Positions 51,384 through 58,281 of a DNA stretch of 58,281 bases are shown here, in pieces; positions within the stretch are counted from its first letter, which is position 1; each line of letters starts with the position of its first letter. The stretch spans positions 1-58,281 of IMG/VR virus record IMGVR_UViG_3300012942_000032. The stretch is one strand, 5' to 3'. The DNA comes from a virus. Taxonomy: Duplodnaviria > Heunggongvirae > Uroviricota > Caudoviricetes. The notes under the pieces were generated by a model, which worked only from the letters and a program-made list of their open reading frames with translations, did not search any database and was not told where the DNA came from. The position numbers and the translations under genes were made by a program.

Positions 51384-51523
51384 AGAATGGGCGGGACGAT
51401 TCATAAGTCTTATGGCTCCAATGTCCAGCTTACTACTGCCCGCCCATTCTCGCATGTAGATGAGGTACTACTTAAAGGTTACATATCAGACTCCTTTGTA
51501 TGTGGTACAACCTTTCTACACGC
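51384..51523 (-). ncRNA. candidate two-domain structured RNA
   Basis: AGAATGGGCGGG/CCCGCCCATTCT 12-bp repeat; GCGTGTAGA/TCTACATGC, AAGGTT/AACCTT, ACATA/TATGT. Confidence 0.55.
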
Positions 51524-51540
51524 ATATTCTACATTTTTAG

Positions 51541-51771
51541 TCAGGCGATGTCAACGAATTTTTGCTTAAAGTTTGAAATCCCGCCGTAATATTCACCATC
51601 AACAAAAATTTGTGGAACAGTCTTTACAGGAACTGGACAAGCTTCCATCAAATCTTGAATTTCATAGTCAACACCAAGCTTCTTTACTTCATAGTCCCAT
51701 CCCTTGTGAGAACAGATATTAACAGCTTCTTGGCAATTGGGACAATTTTCTTTAGAGTAAATCGTAATCAT
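51541..51771 (-). CDS. nrdC: glutaredoxin
   Basis: IYSKENCPNC...TVPQIFVDG..GG. Confidence 0.95.
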   Translation of the reverse strand: MITIYSKENCPNCQEAVNICSHKGWDYEVKKLGVDYEIQDLMEACPVPVKTVPQIFVDGEYYGGISNFKQKFVDIA

Positions 51772-52874
51772 AGAGTGGGAAGTTCCTCGTAATTCAGTTC
51801 TGTTGTCATTACACCAATCACGTAACTGGTGGATTCTGATTCTTGGAGTGCAGTCTGCTTAGAGCTCAGATTAACATGCTTCAAGAACCAAGGAATAGGG
51901 TGACTCTTAGGAATTTCATCGCATCTATACTTGATACCAATGTCCTTAAGCTTCTCCCATGCAGTCCAATCAACAAAAGAGCATAGAATTCTTTCGTTTA
52001 GACCAATGACAACACCTTCTTTACAAAGATAATTTGCCCATTCCTTCTCTTCACGAATAACATCAGCGTAAATCTGATAAACTTCTTCTGCACAATCAAT
52101 CTTCAGACGTGCAAAGTCAGGATCATCCTTTACTACTTGATTGATAATCCAAGCTGTCCATTCTGTATGAAGGAGTTCGTCTTGCAAAATCAACTCAATA
52201 ATGTTTCCATTACCAATGAAAATCTTGTTCTCCATCATTGCAAGCGACGTTGCAAAACTTACCATGAAACGAAGAGCTTCTAGTGCATAAGAAGCATGAA
52301 GTGCTAACCAAACAGCCTTCTTATGATCATAAGGTTCTACGTGGCCAAGACCTAATTCATTTATAGAATTCAGCTCATAAAGATCTTCATAATATTTGCC
52401 AACATTAGCAGCCATTTCTACAATAGGTTGAATATTGTAGATGTTATCAAATACTTCAGAAGGTTTGGTATAGATATTTCTGATAATATGGCTATAACTA
52501 TTAGAGTGAATGTTGGTCTCCATGAAGGACCAGACACTCATCAGAGCTTCTAGTTCTGGAATAGAACATGCAGGACCAAAAACAACAGACGGAGCTTTCC
52601 CTTGAAGTGAATCAAGGGCAGTCTGTCTCAGAAGATTAGAAGTGAACATATGCTTGATGGCAGCAGATGCCTCCTTCATATCTTGCTTGTCTTTGGTCAA
52701 ATCAATTTCTTCAGGTTGCCAAAAGAAACCTCTTTGAACTTTTTCATAGTTCTGGATTTTAGGATACTTCACAGTATCAAATCTCTGCAATGTGACTGGA
52801 CCACGTGGATCCAGAAACATTGTTCTTTCTAGGTATTCAGGATCTTTGGATAGATCGTATTGACCATTACTCAT
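51768..52874 (-). CDS. nrdB: ribonucleotide reductase class Ia, beta subunit
   Basis: FFWQPEEI, DSLQG, ETNIHSNSY, EALRFMVSF, DELLH. Confidence 0.97.
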   Translation of the reverse strand: MSNGQYDLSKDPEYLERTMFLDPRGPVTLQRFDTVKYPKIQNYEKVQRGFFWQPEEIDLTKDKQDMKEASAAIKHMFTSNLLRQTALDSLQGKAPSVVFGPACSIPELEALMSVWSFMETNIHSNSYSHIIRNIYTKPSEVFDNIYNIQPIVEMAANVGKYYEDLYELNSINELGLGHVEPYDHKKAVWLALHASYALEALRFMVSFATSLAMMENKIFIGNGNIIELILQDELLHTEWTAWIINQVVKDDPDFARLKIDCAEEVYQIYADVIREEKEWANYLCKEGVVIGLNERILCSFVDWTAWEKLKDIGIKYRCDEIPKSHPIPWFLKHVNLSSKQTALQESESTSYVIGVMTTELNYEELPTL

Positions 52875-55183
52875 AATTTGCAGCTCTCGCAATCATCTTG
52901 ATCCTCCAATTGTAATACCTTTTCTTGATCATTAACAGCCTGTTCCTTGAACTGTTCTTTTATTCCTGTTTTGTCCATCAGACTATAATACATTGTCTTC
53001 AGACCCCACTTTTGTGCAAGCATAATATTCTTTGCTACTAATGTGACTGGAACACGATGTCCTTCAAAATGTTTGGCGGAATAAAAAGTGTTCGTCGAAA
53101 TACTTTGATCAACATAGGCAGCAAGAACAGCAGCCGTCTTCAAATAATCAATGCAATCTGATTGTTCCCACATTAATTGATACTTGTTCTTCAGTTTATG
53201 GTATTCAGGGACGACTTGAACTAACGAAGCTGCCTTAGATTCCTTGGTAGAAATTAAAGACATCACCATTTCAATACCATTTGTGCTATTGATCACAACA
53301 GAAGAGCTTTCAACTGGGGCAATAGCAAGAAGAAGAGCATTATGAATGCCATAGGTTTTCATATCTTCACGAAGTGAATCCCAAGGCATTGTAGGAGTAA
53401 AATCAGTTAGCTCATCTACTCCTTTATTTCTCAATTCCCAAGGGAAAATACCATCTGCATAGCAGGTATCTTTCCACATCTTGCAAGGACCACGTTCTTT
53501 TGCTAATTCGATTGAAACTTCTGTCAGATAGAATGCTTGTGCCTCAATCCATTCGCGGACTTCCTTTAATGCCTCTGGAGACCCGTAAGTAAGCCCTCGT
53601 TTTGCATGCCAATATGCAAGATTGGTAATACCCACTCCTAAAGGCTTGAAATCTTCATTTGCAAGAGCAGATTGAACGCTCAGGAAGTTTTGGTAGTCCA
53701 GAATGTTGTTAAGGCCCCGTACAACGGAACGACAGGCACCCCTAATATCTTCCTTATACTTAAATCTACCCCAATTAATAGAAGCCAGAGTACAAAGAGC
53801 AATTCTACCATTTTCATCCTCCAGACGCTGGAAAGCTCTTGTAGGAATCAGAATTTCTTGACACAAGTTTGATTGATAGATTGGATGTTTCTTCGAATCA
53901 ATAGGCCCTTGATTAATGATGTTATCAATGAAGTCTAGATAGATTCTTCCAGTATCAGATCTTTCTTTAAGGAGACAAGATTTGAATACATCCTCTGCAT
54001 TCATCTGCTTCTTACGAAGTCCTGTTTTCTTTTCATATTTCTCGTATAATCTAATCCACTCATTCTGATCTGAATAATATGCTTCATAAAGATCAGGAAC
54101 TTCATTAGGATCAAAAAATGTGATTACACCCTTGTTCTTAAACCTGTTCCAAAGATATTTGTTAGTCACGACGGCATAATCAAGCTGACGCACGCGATTT
54201 TCTTCCGTGCCTTGATTATTTTTCAGAACAATAAGCTCTTCAAACTCGTAATGCCAGATGGGATATGTTACCGTCATAGACGCATTACGAATGCCACCTT
54301 GGGAACATGAACGAAGATCTGCAAACCACTTCTTTATGAATGGTGTAAGTCCTGTGTGAGCAATTTCTCCATTTCTGATCGGACTACCTGCAGGGCGGAG
54401 TCGACCAATCTCGAGGCCAATACCTGCTCGCTTTGCGGCGTATTTTGCAACCATTTCTCCGGTTGCGAAGATAGAATCGAGGCTATCATCTGCTCGCAGA
54501 AGCACGCATGAACTGAATTGCTTTGTCTTTGAACCAAGTCCTGCAAGTACTGGAGTGGCAAGAGTAAAGTCTCCGTTTGATGCTTGCTCATAGTAATCCT
54601 TTACTTTCTTTAGACGATCTTTCTTTTCAGAGTGCATCTTTACCGCAGCCGCCACAATGTAACGAATCTGCGGACTCTCATAGATCTTCTTGGTTACCTT
54701 GTTACGGACAAGATACTTTTCAATCAACTGGGTGATAGCAGAATGGGTATATGATTCATCTTTATCATGATCGATATACGAATCTAGCTCATTCCATTCA
54801 TCTTCTGAATACCATTGTAGAAGTTCTTCTGAATACATCTTCTCTTCTACATTCCGCTTCACTACATCATATAGTTTCCATGGTTCATAGCGACCATATA
54901 CTTCTTTTCTGAGAGAGGAATTCTTAAGGCGGCCTGCTACTAACTGATAATTTACATCACCATCTGGATGTGTGATCAATTTTACTGCGGCGTTTTCTGC
55001 AAGTTGATCAATATGCTTAGTCGTGATGCCATTATACAATTCAAGATTCATTGTCAATTCGATCATTGACTCTGAAACATTCGCGATGCCTTCACAAGCA
55101 TATTGCACCTGACGTTGAATCTTAGCGATATCGTAAGGTTCTTTGGTGCCATCGCGTTTAACCACGGAGATTTCTTTTGCCAC
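52871..55183 (-). CDS. nrdA: ribonucleotide reductase class Ia, alpha subunit
   Basis: ATP-cone VVKRDG, FSSCVL, SNLCQEI, APVESSS, LKTMYY, CESCKL. Confidence 0.98.
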   Translation of the reverse strand: MAKEISVVKRDGTKEPYDIAKIQRQVQYACEGIANVSESMIELTMNLELYNGITTKHIDQLAENAAVKLITHPDGDVNYQLVAGRLKNSSLRKEVYGRYEPWKLYDVVKRNVEEKMYSEELLQWYSEDEWNELDSYIDHDKDESYTHSAITQLIEKYLVRNKVTKKIYESPQIRYIVAAAVKMHSEKKDRLKKVKDYYEQASNGDFTLATPVLAGLGSKTKQFSSCVLLRADDSLDSIFATGEMVAKYAAKRAGIGLEIGRLRPAGSPIRNGEIAHTGLTPFIKKWFADLRSCSQGGIRNASMTVTYPIWHYEFEELIVLKNNQGTEENRVRQLDYAVVTNKYLWNRFKNKGVITFFDPNEVPDLYEAYYSDQNEWIRLYEKYEKKTGLRKKQMNAEDVFKSCLLKERSDTGRIYLDFIDNIINQGPIDSKKHPIYQSNLCQEILIPTRAFQRLEDENGRIALCTLASINWGRFKYKEDIRGACRSVVRGLNNILDYQNFLSVQSALANEDFKPLGVGITNLAYWHAKRGLTYGSPEALKEVREWIEAQAFYLTEVSIELAKERGPCKMWKDTCYADGIFPWELRNKGVDELTDFTPTMPWDSLREDMKTYGIHNALLLAIAPVESSSVVINSTNGIEMVMSLISTKESKAASLVQVVPEYHKLKNKYQLMWEQSDCIDYLKTAAVLAAYVDQSISTNTFYSAKHFEGHRVPVTLVAKNIMLAQKWGLKTMYYSLMDKTGIKEQFKEQAVNDQEKVLQLEDQDDCESCKL

Positions 55184-55214
55184 TTAATCTCTCTCCTTAT
55201 TATTAGATGGAAAA

Positions 55215-55241
55215 AGAAGCCTACGGGTTAGGTAGGCTTCT
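55215..55241 (-). terminator. rho-independent terminator
   Basis: AGAAGCCTAC-loop-GTAGGCTTCT then TTTT on the minus strand. Confidence 0.8.
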
Positions 55242-55266
55242 CTGGTACTTCTTTTACTTACTTGGA

Positions 55267-55830
55267 TTAGAACGACTTGCTAAGAGTCAGTTCAGCACCA
55301 TGAGCGTTCTTGACGTCCGCAGTCTTGATGACCAGGTAATTCGCTGCAACAGCAAAACCACTACCAAGATTCAGACCAGCACCAACACGACCCTCGTCAC
55401 GGTTCACAACCTTGCCATCGCCCACGAAACGCTTGAACGAAGCCTGACCAAAGACGGTGTCCGTTACCTTCACCTTCGAACCCAGCTCAAAGCCGTAGTT
55501 CTCGCTCTGCACCACATAGAACGCACGAGCATACGGAGTGAAAATGCCCACCGGGAGCTTCACACCGCCACCAATCTCAGCCTCGCTGGTATAGTTCTGG
55601 CCATCATGGGCAACGTGCAGGGTACGCAGGGCACCATCCACGAAGAAGTTCTGGGTCACGTCGCCGCGAACACCAACCTCACCACGATATACCTGAGTGC
55701 CGGCACTCTGCACCGAGTTCGCAGTCGCCCAAATGTCACCAGCATGAGCAGAACTACATGCAGTCACACCAAAAGCGGCAACCAGACCCATAACAGCAGC
55801 AAACATCACATTCTTAAAGTTCTTCATCAT
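55267..55830 (-). CDS. outer-membrane beta-barrel protein
   Basis: signal peptide ending SAHA; about 10 amphipathic strands; C-terminal Phe beta-signal ELTLSKSF. Confidence 0.8.
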   Translation of the reverse strand: MMKNFKNVMFAAVMGLVAAFGVTACSSAHAGDIWATANSVQSAGTQVYRGEVGVRGDVTQNFFVDGALRTLHVAHDGQNYTSEAEIGGGVKLPVGIFTPYARAFYVVQSENYGFELGSKVKVTDTVFGQASFKRFVGDGKVVNRDEGRVGAGLNLGSGFAVAANYLVIKTADVKNAHGAELTLSKSF

Positions 55831-56068
55831 TCTTCCTTTCAAAATCTTCAATTGCATCTAAGATATCATTATCTGCTAGATGCGCCAAAACATGAGTTTT
55901 ATGAGTACTCATGCACCATTCACACCTACAAGAAGGTCTTCCTAACCAGTGGCCGTCTCTTATCAAAGGAGCTATCTTATCAGCTCTTCTTCCCTGTCTG
56001 GGAGTCATCTTATGATAGAAATCTCTTGCCCAATACCTAGGGTAGACCTTCCTAAAAGTTCTAGACAT
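55814..56068 (-). CDS. basic hypothetical protein
   Basis: MSRTFRK...CRCEWC. Confidence 0.65.
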   Translation of the reverse strand: MSRTFRKVYPRYWARDFYHKMTPRQGRRADKIAPLIRDGHWLGRPSCRCEWCMSTHKTHVLAHLADNDILDAIEDFERKNDEEL

Positions 56069-56184
56069 TTCAATTCTCTATGAGAGTCACAATCTGACTT
56101 AATTCATAGCACTCTCCTTTACGTTTAATGTCTTAAAACGCAATTTTAACAAATATCTGACACCTTAGCAACGATCTTTGTGAA

Positions 56185-56517
56185 TCACTTTGCTAAGTCG
56201 CGATCAATCTTTTCTACCCATGCAACCGCTACAGCAGCAACCTGAATCAATTCAGTGCGCAGATCTTCATTATTCTGCATGATAGCTTCATTCATTGCTT
56301 CTTGAAATTCTTCTAGAAGAATATGAGCATAAGATCCGCATCCTCTCTTGAAAGAAGAATCGCAGGTGTTCTTTGCTTCTTCATGATCACCAATGAGGAA
56401 AGCACCGCTTAGATCGGAAGTCCAGTTGGGATGATTTTGCTCTCCCCACTTTTCATCTTGACGCTTCCGTTCAAAGTAAATCTCATCAAGTACAGCATTC
56501 AATTTCTGGAGATCCAT
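56185..56517 (-). CDS. MazG-like all-alpha NTP pyrophosphohydrolase
   Basis: ERKRQDEKWGEQ, LLEEFQEA, RTELIQVAAVAVAW. Confidence 0.8.
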   Translation of the reverse strand: MDLQKLNAVLDEIYFERKRQDEKWGEQNHPNWTSDLSGAFLIGDHEEAKNTCDSSFKRGCGSYAHILLEEFQEAMNEAIMQNNEDLRTELIQVAAVAVAWVEKIDRDLAK

Positions 56518-56518
56518 A

Positions 56519-56965
56519 TTAGCGCCATCCCTCAGGCCAATTACTGTCCTTCTGATCTACTTCAACATTTTCGGAAGGACCAGAGCCTTCCTTCTTCTCG
56601 AAAGAAACACCTTCGCCGTAATACCCGTTCGAAGAACCATACCAACGAAGAAGGACATAACCACGATCCGTAGCAAAACGATAGAACGTCCAAGTAAACG
56701 AATCGTAATCCTTAGAACCAGAATTAGATGACTCTTCTGCCAAGAAAATCTGATGACCGATAAGATCATCTACATCACCGCAGACATCCTCAAGATAAAC
56801 ATGCTCACAACAATCCTGGTGATGCATCATTCTGTATTCAGTACCATCAGTGCAACGGATATAGACAGCATCACCGTTGCCGGTTTCCATGCCCTCGATA
56901 TCTTCTACAGTGCGACCGATAAGATCACTGATATCTACATAACTATAGTCGCCATAGTAACTCAT
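56519..56965 (-). CDS. conserved phage protein (HxQDCCE family)
   Basis: HHQDCCEHVYLEDVCGD...TWTFY...RWYGSSNGYY. Confidence 0.8.
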   Translation of the reverse strand: MSYYGDYSYVDISDLIGRTVEDIEGMETGNGDAVYIRCTDGTEYRMMHHQDCCEHVYLEDVCGDVDDLIGHQIFLAEESSNSGSKDYDSFTWTFYRFATDRGYVLLRWYGSSNGYYGEGVSFEKKEGSGPSENVEVDQKDSNWPEGWR

Positions 56966-56983
56966 AACGAACTCCTCAAAATT

Positions 56984-57058
56984 TGGTGCCCCCACTCGGA
57001 ATCGAACCAAGTTCTCCGGATTACAAAACCGGTGCATCGCCATTTATGCTTTAGGGGC
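56984..57058 (-). tRNA. trnT: tRNA-Thr(TGT)
   Basis: loop TT-TGT-AA; CCA. Confidence 0.93.
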
Positions 57059-57069
57059 GAGGCTTTTAT

Positions 57070-57603
57070 TTATGCTGCAAGACCAAGAGCTTTCAATCCA
57101 AGATCATGTTGATCCTGAGTTGCAATCAAAGCTTCCGTGTTGGAGAGCTTCGTGAAAGCCTTTTCATGAAAAACTTCATCCGTCAAGATCATATTGAACG
57201 TATGACGGATATCCAAAGGTGCTTCCGGATCATTTGCAATGACACGAATACGTTCAAGGCGCATTGCTTCTGCATGAGCAGCTACCGCAGAACCAGTCTC
57301 AAATGAATCGATGCCAGGAAGTGTTTCCTTCCAGTAACGCTCTTCTGCATGATTAATTTCGTCAGCATCTACTTCAATGCCACGAACATCAAGCAAGTCT
57401 TTGACCCATAAAGCATGCTGACGTTCTTGATCAGCAATAATACTCAGAATTCTAATATCATGAGGGTCAGTTGCATACTGCTCCGCAAATCTCAAGATAC
57501 GATGTGATGCAGTTACTTCGCCTCGGTACTGCTTTACAAGCCATTCGCTCATAAGACGAGGCGAATTCTTTACTTCATCCCACCATTGCTTGGATGTCTT
57601 CAT
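57070..57603 (-). CDS. ferritin-like di-iron protein
   Basis: YRGE, ADQERQHA, AEAMR, LTDEVFHE (ExxH pairs). Confidence 0.85.
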   Translation of the reverse strand: MKTSKQWWDEVKNSPRLMSEWLVKQYRGEVTASHRILRFAEQYATDPHDIRILSIIADQERQHALWVKDLLDVRGIEVDADEINHAEERYWKETLPGIDSFETGSAVAAHAEAMRLERIRVIANDPEAPLDIRHTFNMILTDEVFHEKAFTKLSNTEALIATQDQHDLGLKALGLAA

Positions 57604-57614
57604 GATATTCCTTA

Positions 57615-57690
57615 TGGTGCATCCCCTCGGAATCGAACCGAGATCCTTCGCTCTTCAGGCGAGTACATGAACCATCATTGTTAGAGATGC
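57615..57690 (-). tRNA. trnF: tRNA-Phe(GAA)
   Basis: loop CT-GAA-GA (G37); CCA. Confidence 0.92.
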
Positions 57691-57695
57691 AAATT

Positions 57696-57771
57696 TGGTG
57701 CCGCAGACAGGATTCGAACCTGTGACCTTTCGATTATCGGTCGAAAGCTCTACCAACTGAGCTACCGCGGC
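57696..57771 (-). tRNA. trnI: tRNA-Ile(GAT) with C33
   Basis: TTCGA-CCGATAA-TCGAA; CCA. Confidence 0.92.
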
Positions 57772-57781
57772 GTATTTTTAT

Positions 57782-58078
57782 TTAGCAGTAACTTGACTGC
57801 CAATCTTCAACAGAAACAGTCAGCTTGTTTCTGTGCTCGTGAACATAGATCTTTGATTGGAACGAATCTCTCACATCGTAAAGAGCATCATTGATCTGAT
57901 CGAGCGTGTCATAGACATCATTGTCAGGGACATTCTCGATGCTGATTGCAGTCACAAGATCTTTAATCCTGTTAATACGAAGTTTTCGTGAAGCTTCGTA
58001 GACAGCAAGTTCTGAAGCTTGCTCTTTAGAAATTGCCTCAATCTGCTCTTGGATGTTCTCAAGATTGAAATCCATCAT
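57782..58078 (-). CDS. W-x-x-S..C family protein
   Basis: ends DWQSSYC. Confidence 0.75.
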   Translation of the reverse strand: MMDFNLENIQEQIEAISKEQASELAVYEASRKLRINRIKDLVTAISIENVPDNDVYDTLDQINDALYDVRDSFQSKIYVHEHRNKLTVSVEDWQSSYC

Positions 58079-58084
58079 CTTTCC

Positions 58085-58281
58085 TTAACAGTAGGAATTC
58101 TTCCAGAGACTGACAGTACCATCTTCCAGACTCAGATCCATATATTCGGTATTGTAGTCCATCGAATAAGCCATATCGCAAATCATATCACGAGCTTCTT
58201 CTTCGATGATACCTTCTTCATCCAAATCAACATCAGCAAAGCGAGCAACGATGCTTTCAATGGCCTTGATCTTCTCATTCT
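58085..58281 (-). CDS. W-x-x-S..C family protein (partial; 5' end outside the window)
   Basis: hand-translated ...IEEARDMICDMAYSMDYNTEYMDLSLEDGTVSLWKNSYC*. Confidence 0.7.
   Translation of the reverse strand, partial: NEKIKAIESIVARFADVDLDEEGIIEEEARDMICDMAYSMDYNTEYMDLSLEDGTVSLWKNSYC

Noticed and set aside
51768-55183. Introns or inteins in nrdA/nrdB, ligase or primase
   Set aside because: The ORFs are continuous and of normal length, with no splicing motifs.
1-58281. Stop-codon reassignment
   Set aside because: There is no CTA/TCA/TTA-anticodon tRNA, and core genes read intact in the standard code with all three stops used.

Overview
A 58 kb segment of a lytic T4-superfamily myovirus, distant from T4 itself, with no integrase or CRISPR. 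The host is probably Gram-negative with type IV pili (inference from a pilin-like gene and an outer-membrane beta-barrel gene). Positions 0.1-8.2 kb (+) hold a replication operon: primase gp61, PhoH, RNase H, PD-(D/E)XK nuclease, SleB-like hydrolase, gp33, gp59, gp32, DexA-like exonuclease and DsbA-like protein. Positions 8.3-15.9 kb hold late genes: three internal-head-protein candidates, gp5 without lysozyme, a baseplate hub, gp53, gp48, gp4, gp2 and a gp54/gp19-like gene. From 16.5 kb onward nearly everything is on the - strand, in early operons with sigma70-type promoters. These include a PRS-like + NAMPT-like pair (NARP1-type NAD+ reconstitution), two RNA ligases, PNK/phosphatase, ThyX, QueD, DNA ligase, NrdA/NrdB/glutaredoxin, DUF932, MazG-like, HAD and metallophosphatases. 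There are 21 conventional tRNAs, one D-armless tRNA-like RNA and three free-standing homing endonucleases inside the main tRNA array. The most unusual signals are: (1) several structured RNAs in the tRNA array, above all a 149-nt tRNA that becomes a canonical 76-nt cloverleaf once two hairpin inserts are removed; (2) a five-member family of small acidic proteins with a conserved C-terminal W-x-x-S motif, ending in Cys in four of the five; (3) two mini-proteins carrying the FYCPY motif of the major capsid protein; (4) a type IV pilin N-terminus fused to a DUF6440-like domain; (5) a roughly 10-stranded outer-membrane beta-barrel. All assignments come from reading motifs by eye; no database searches were run.
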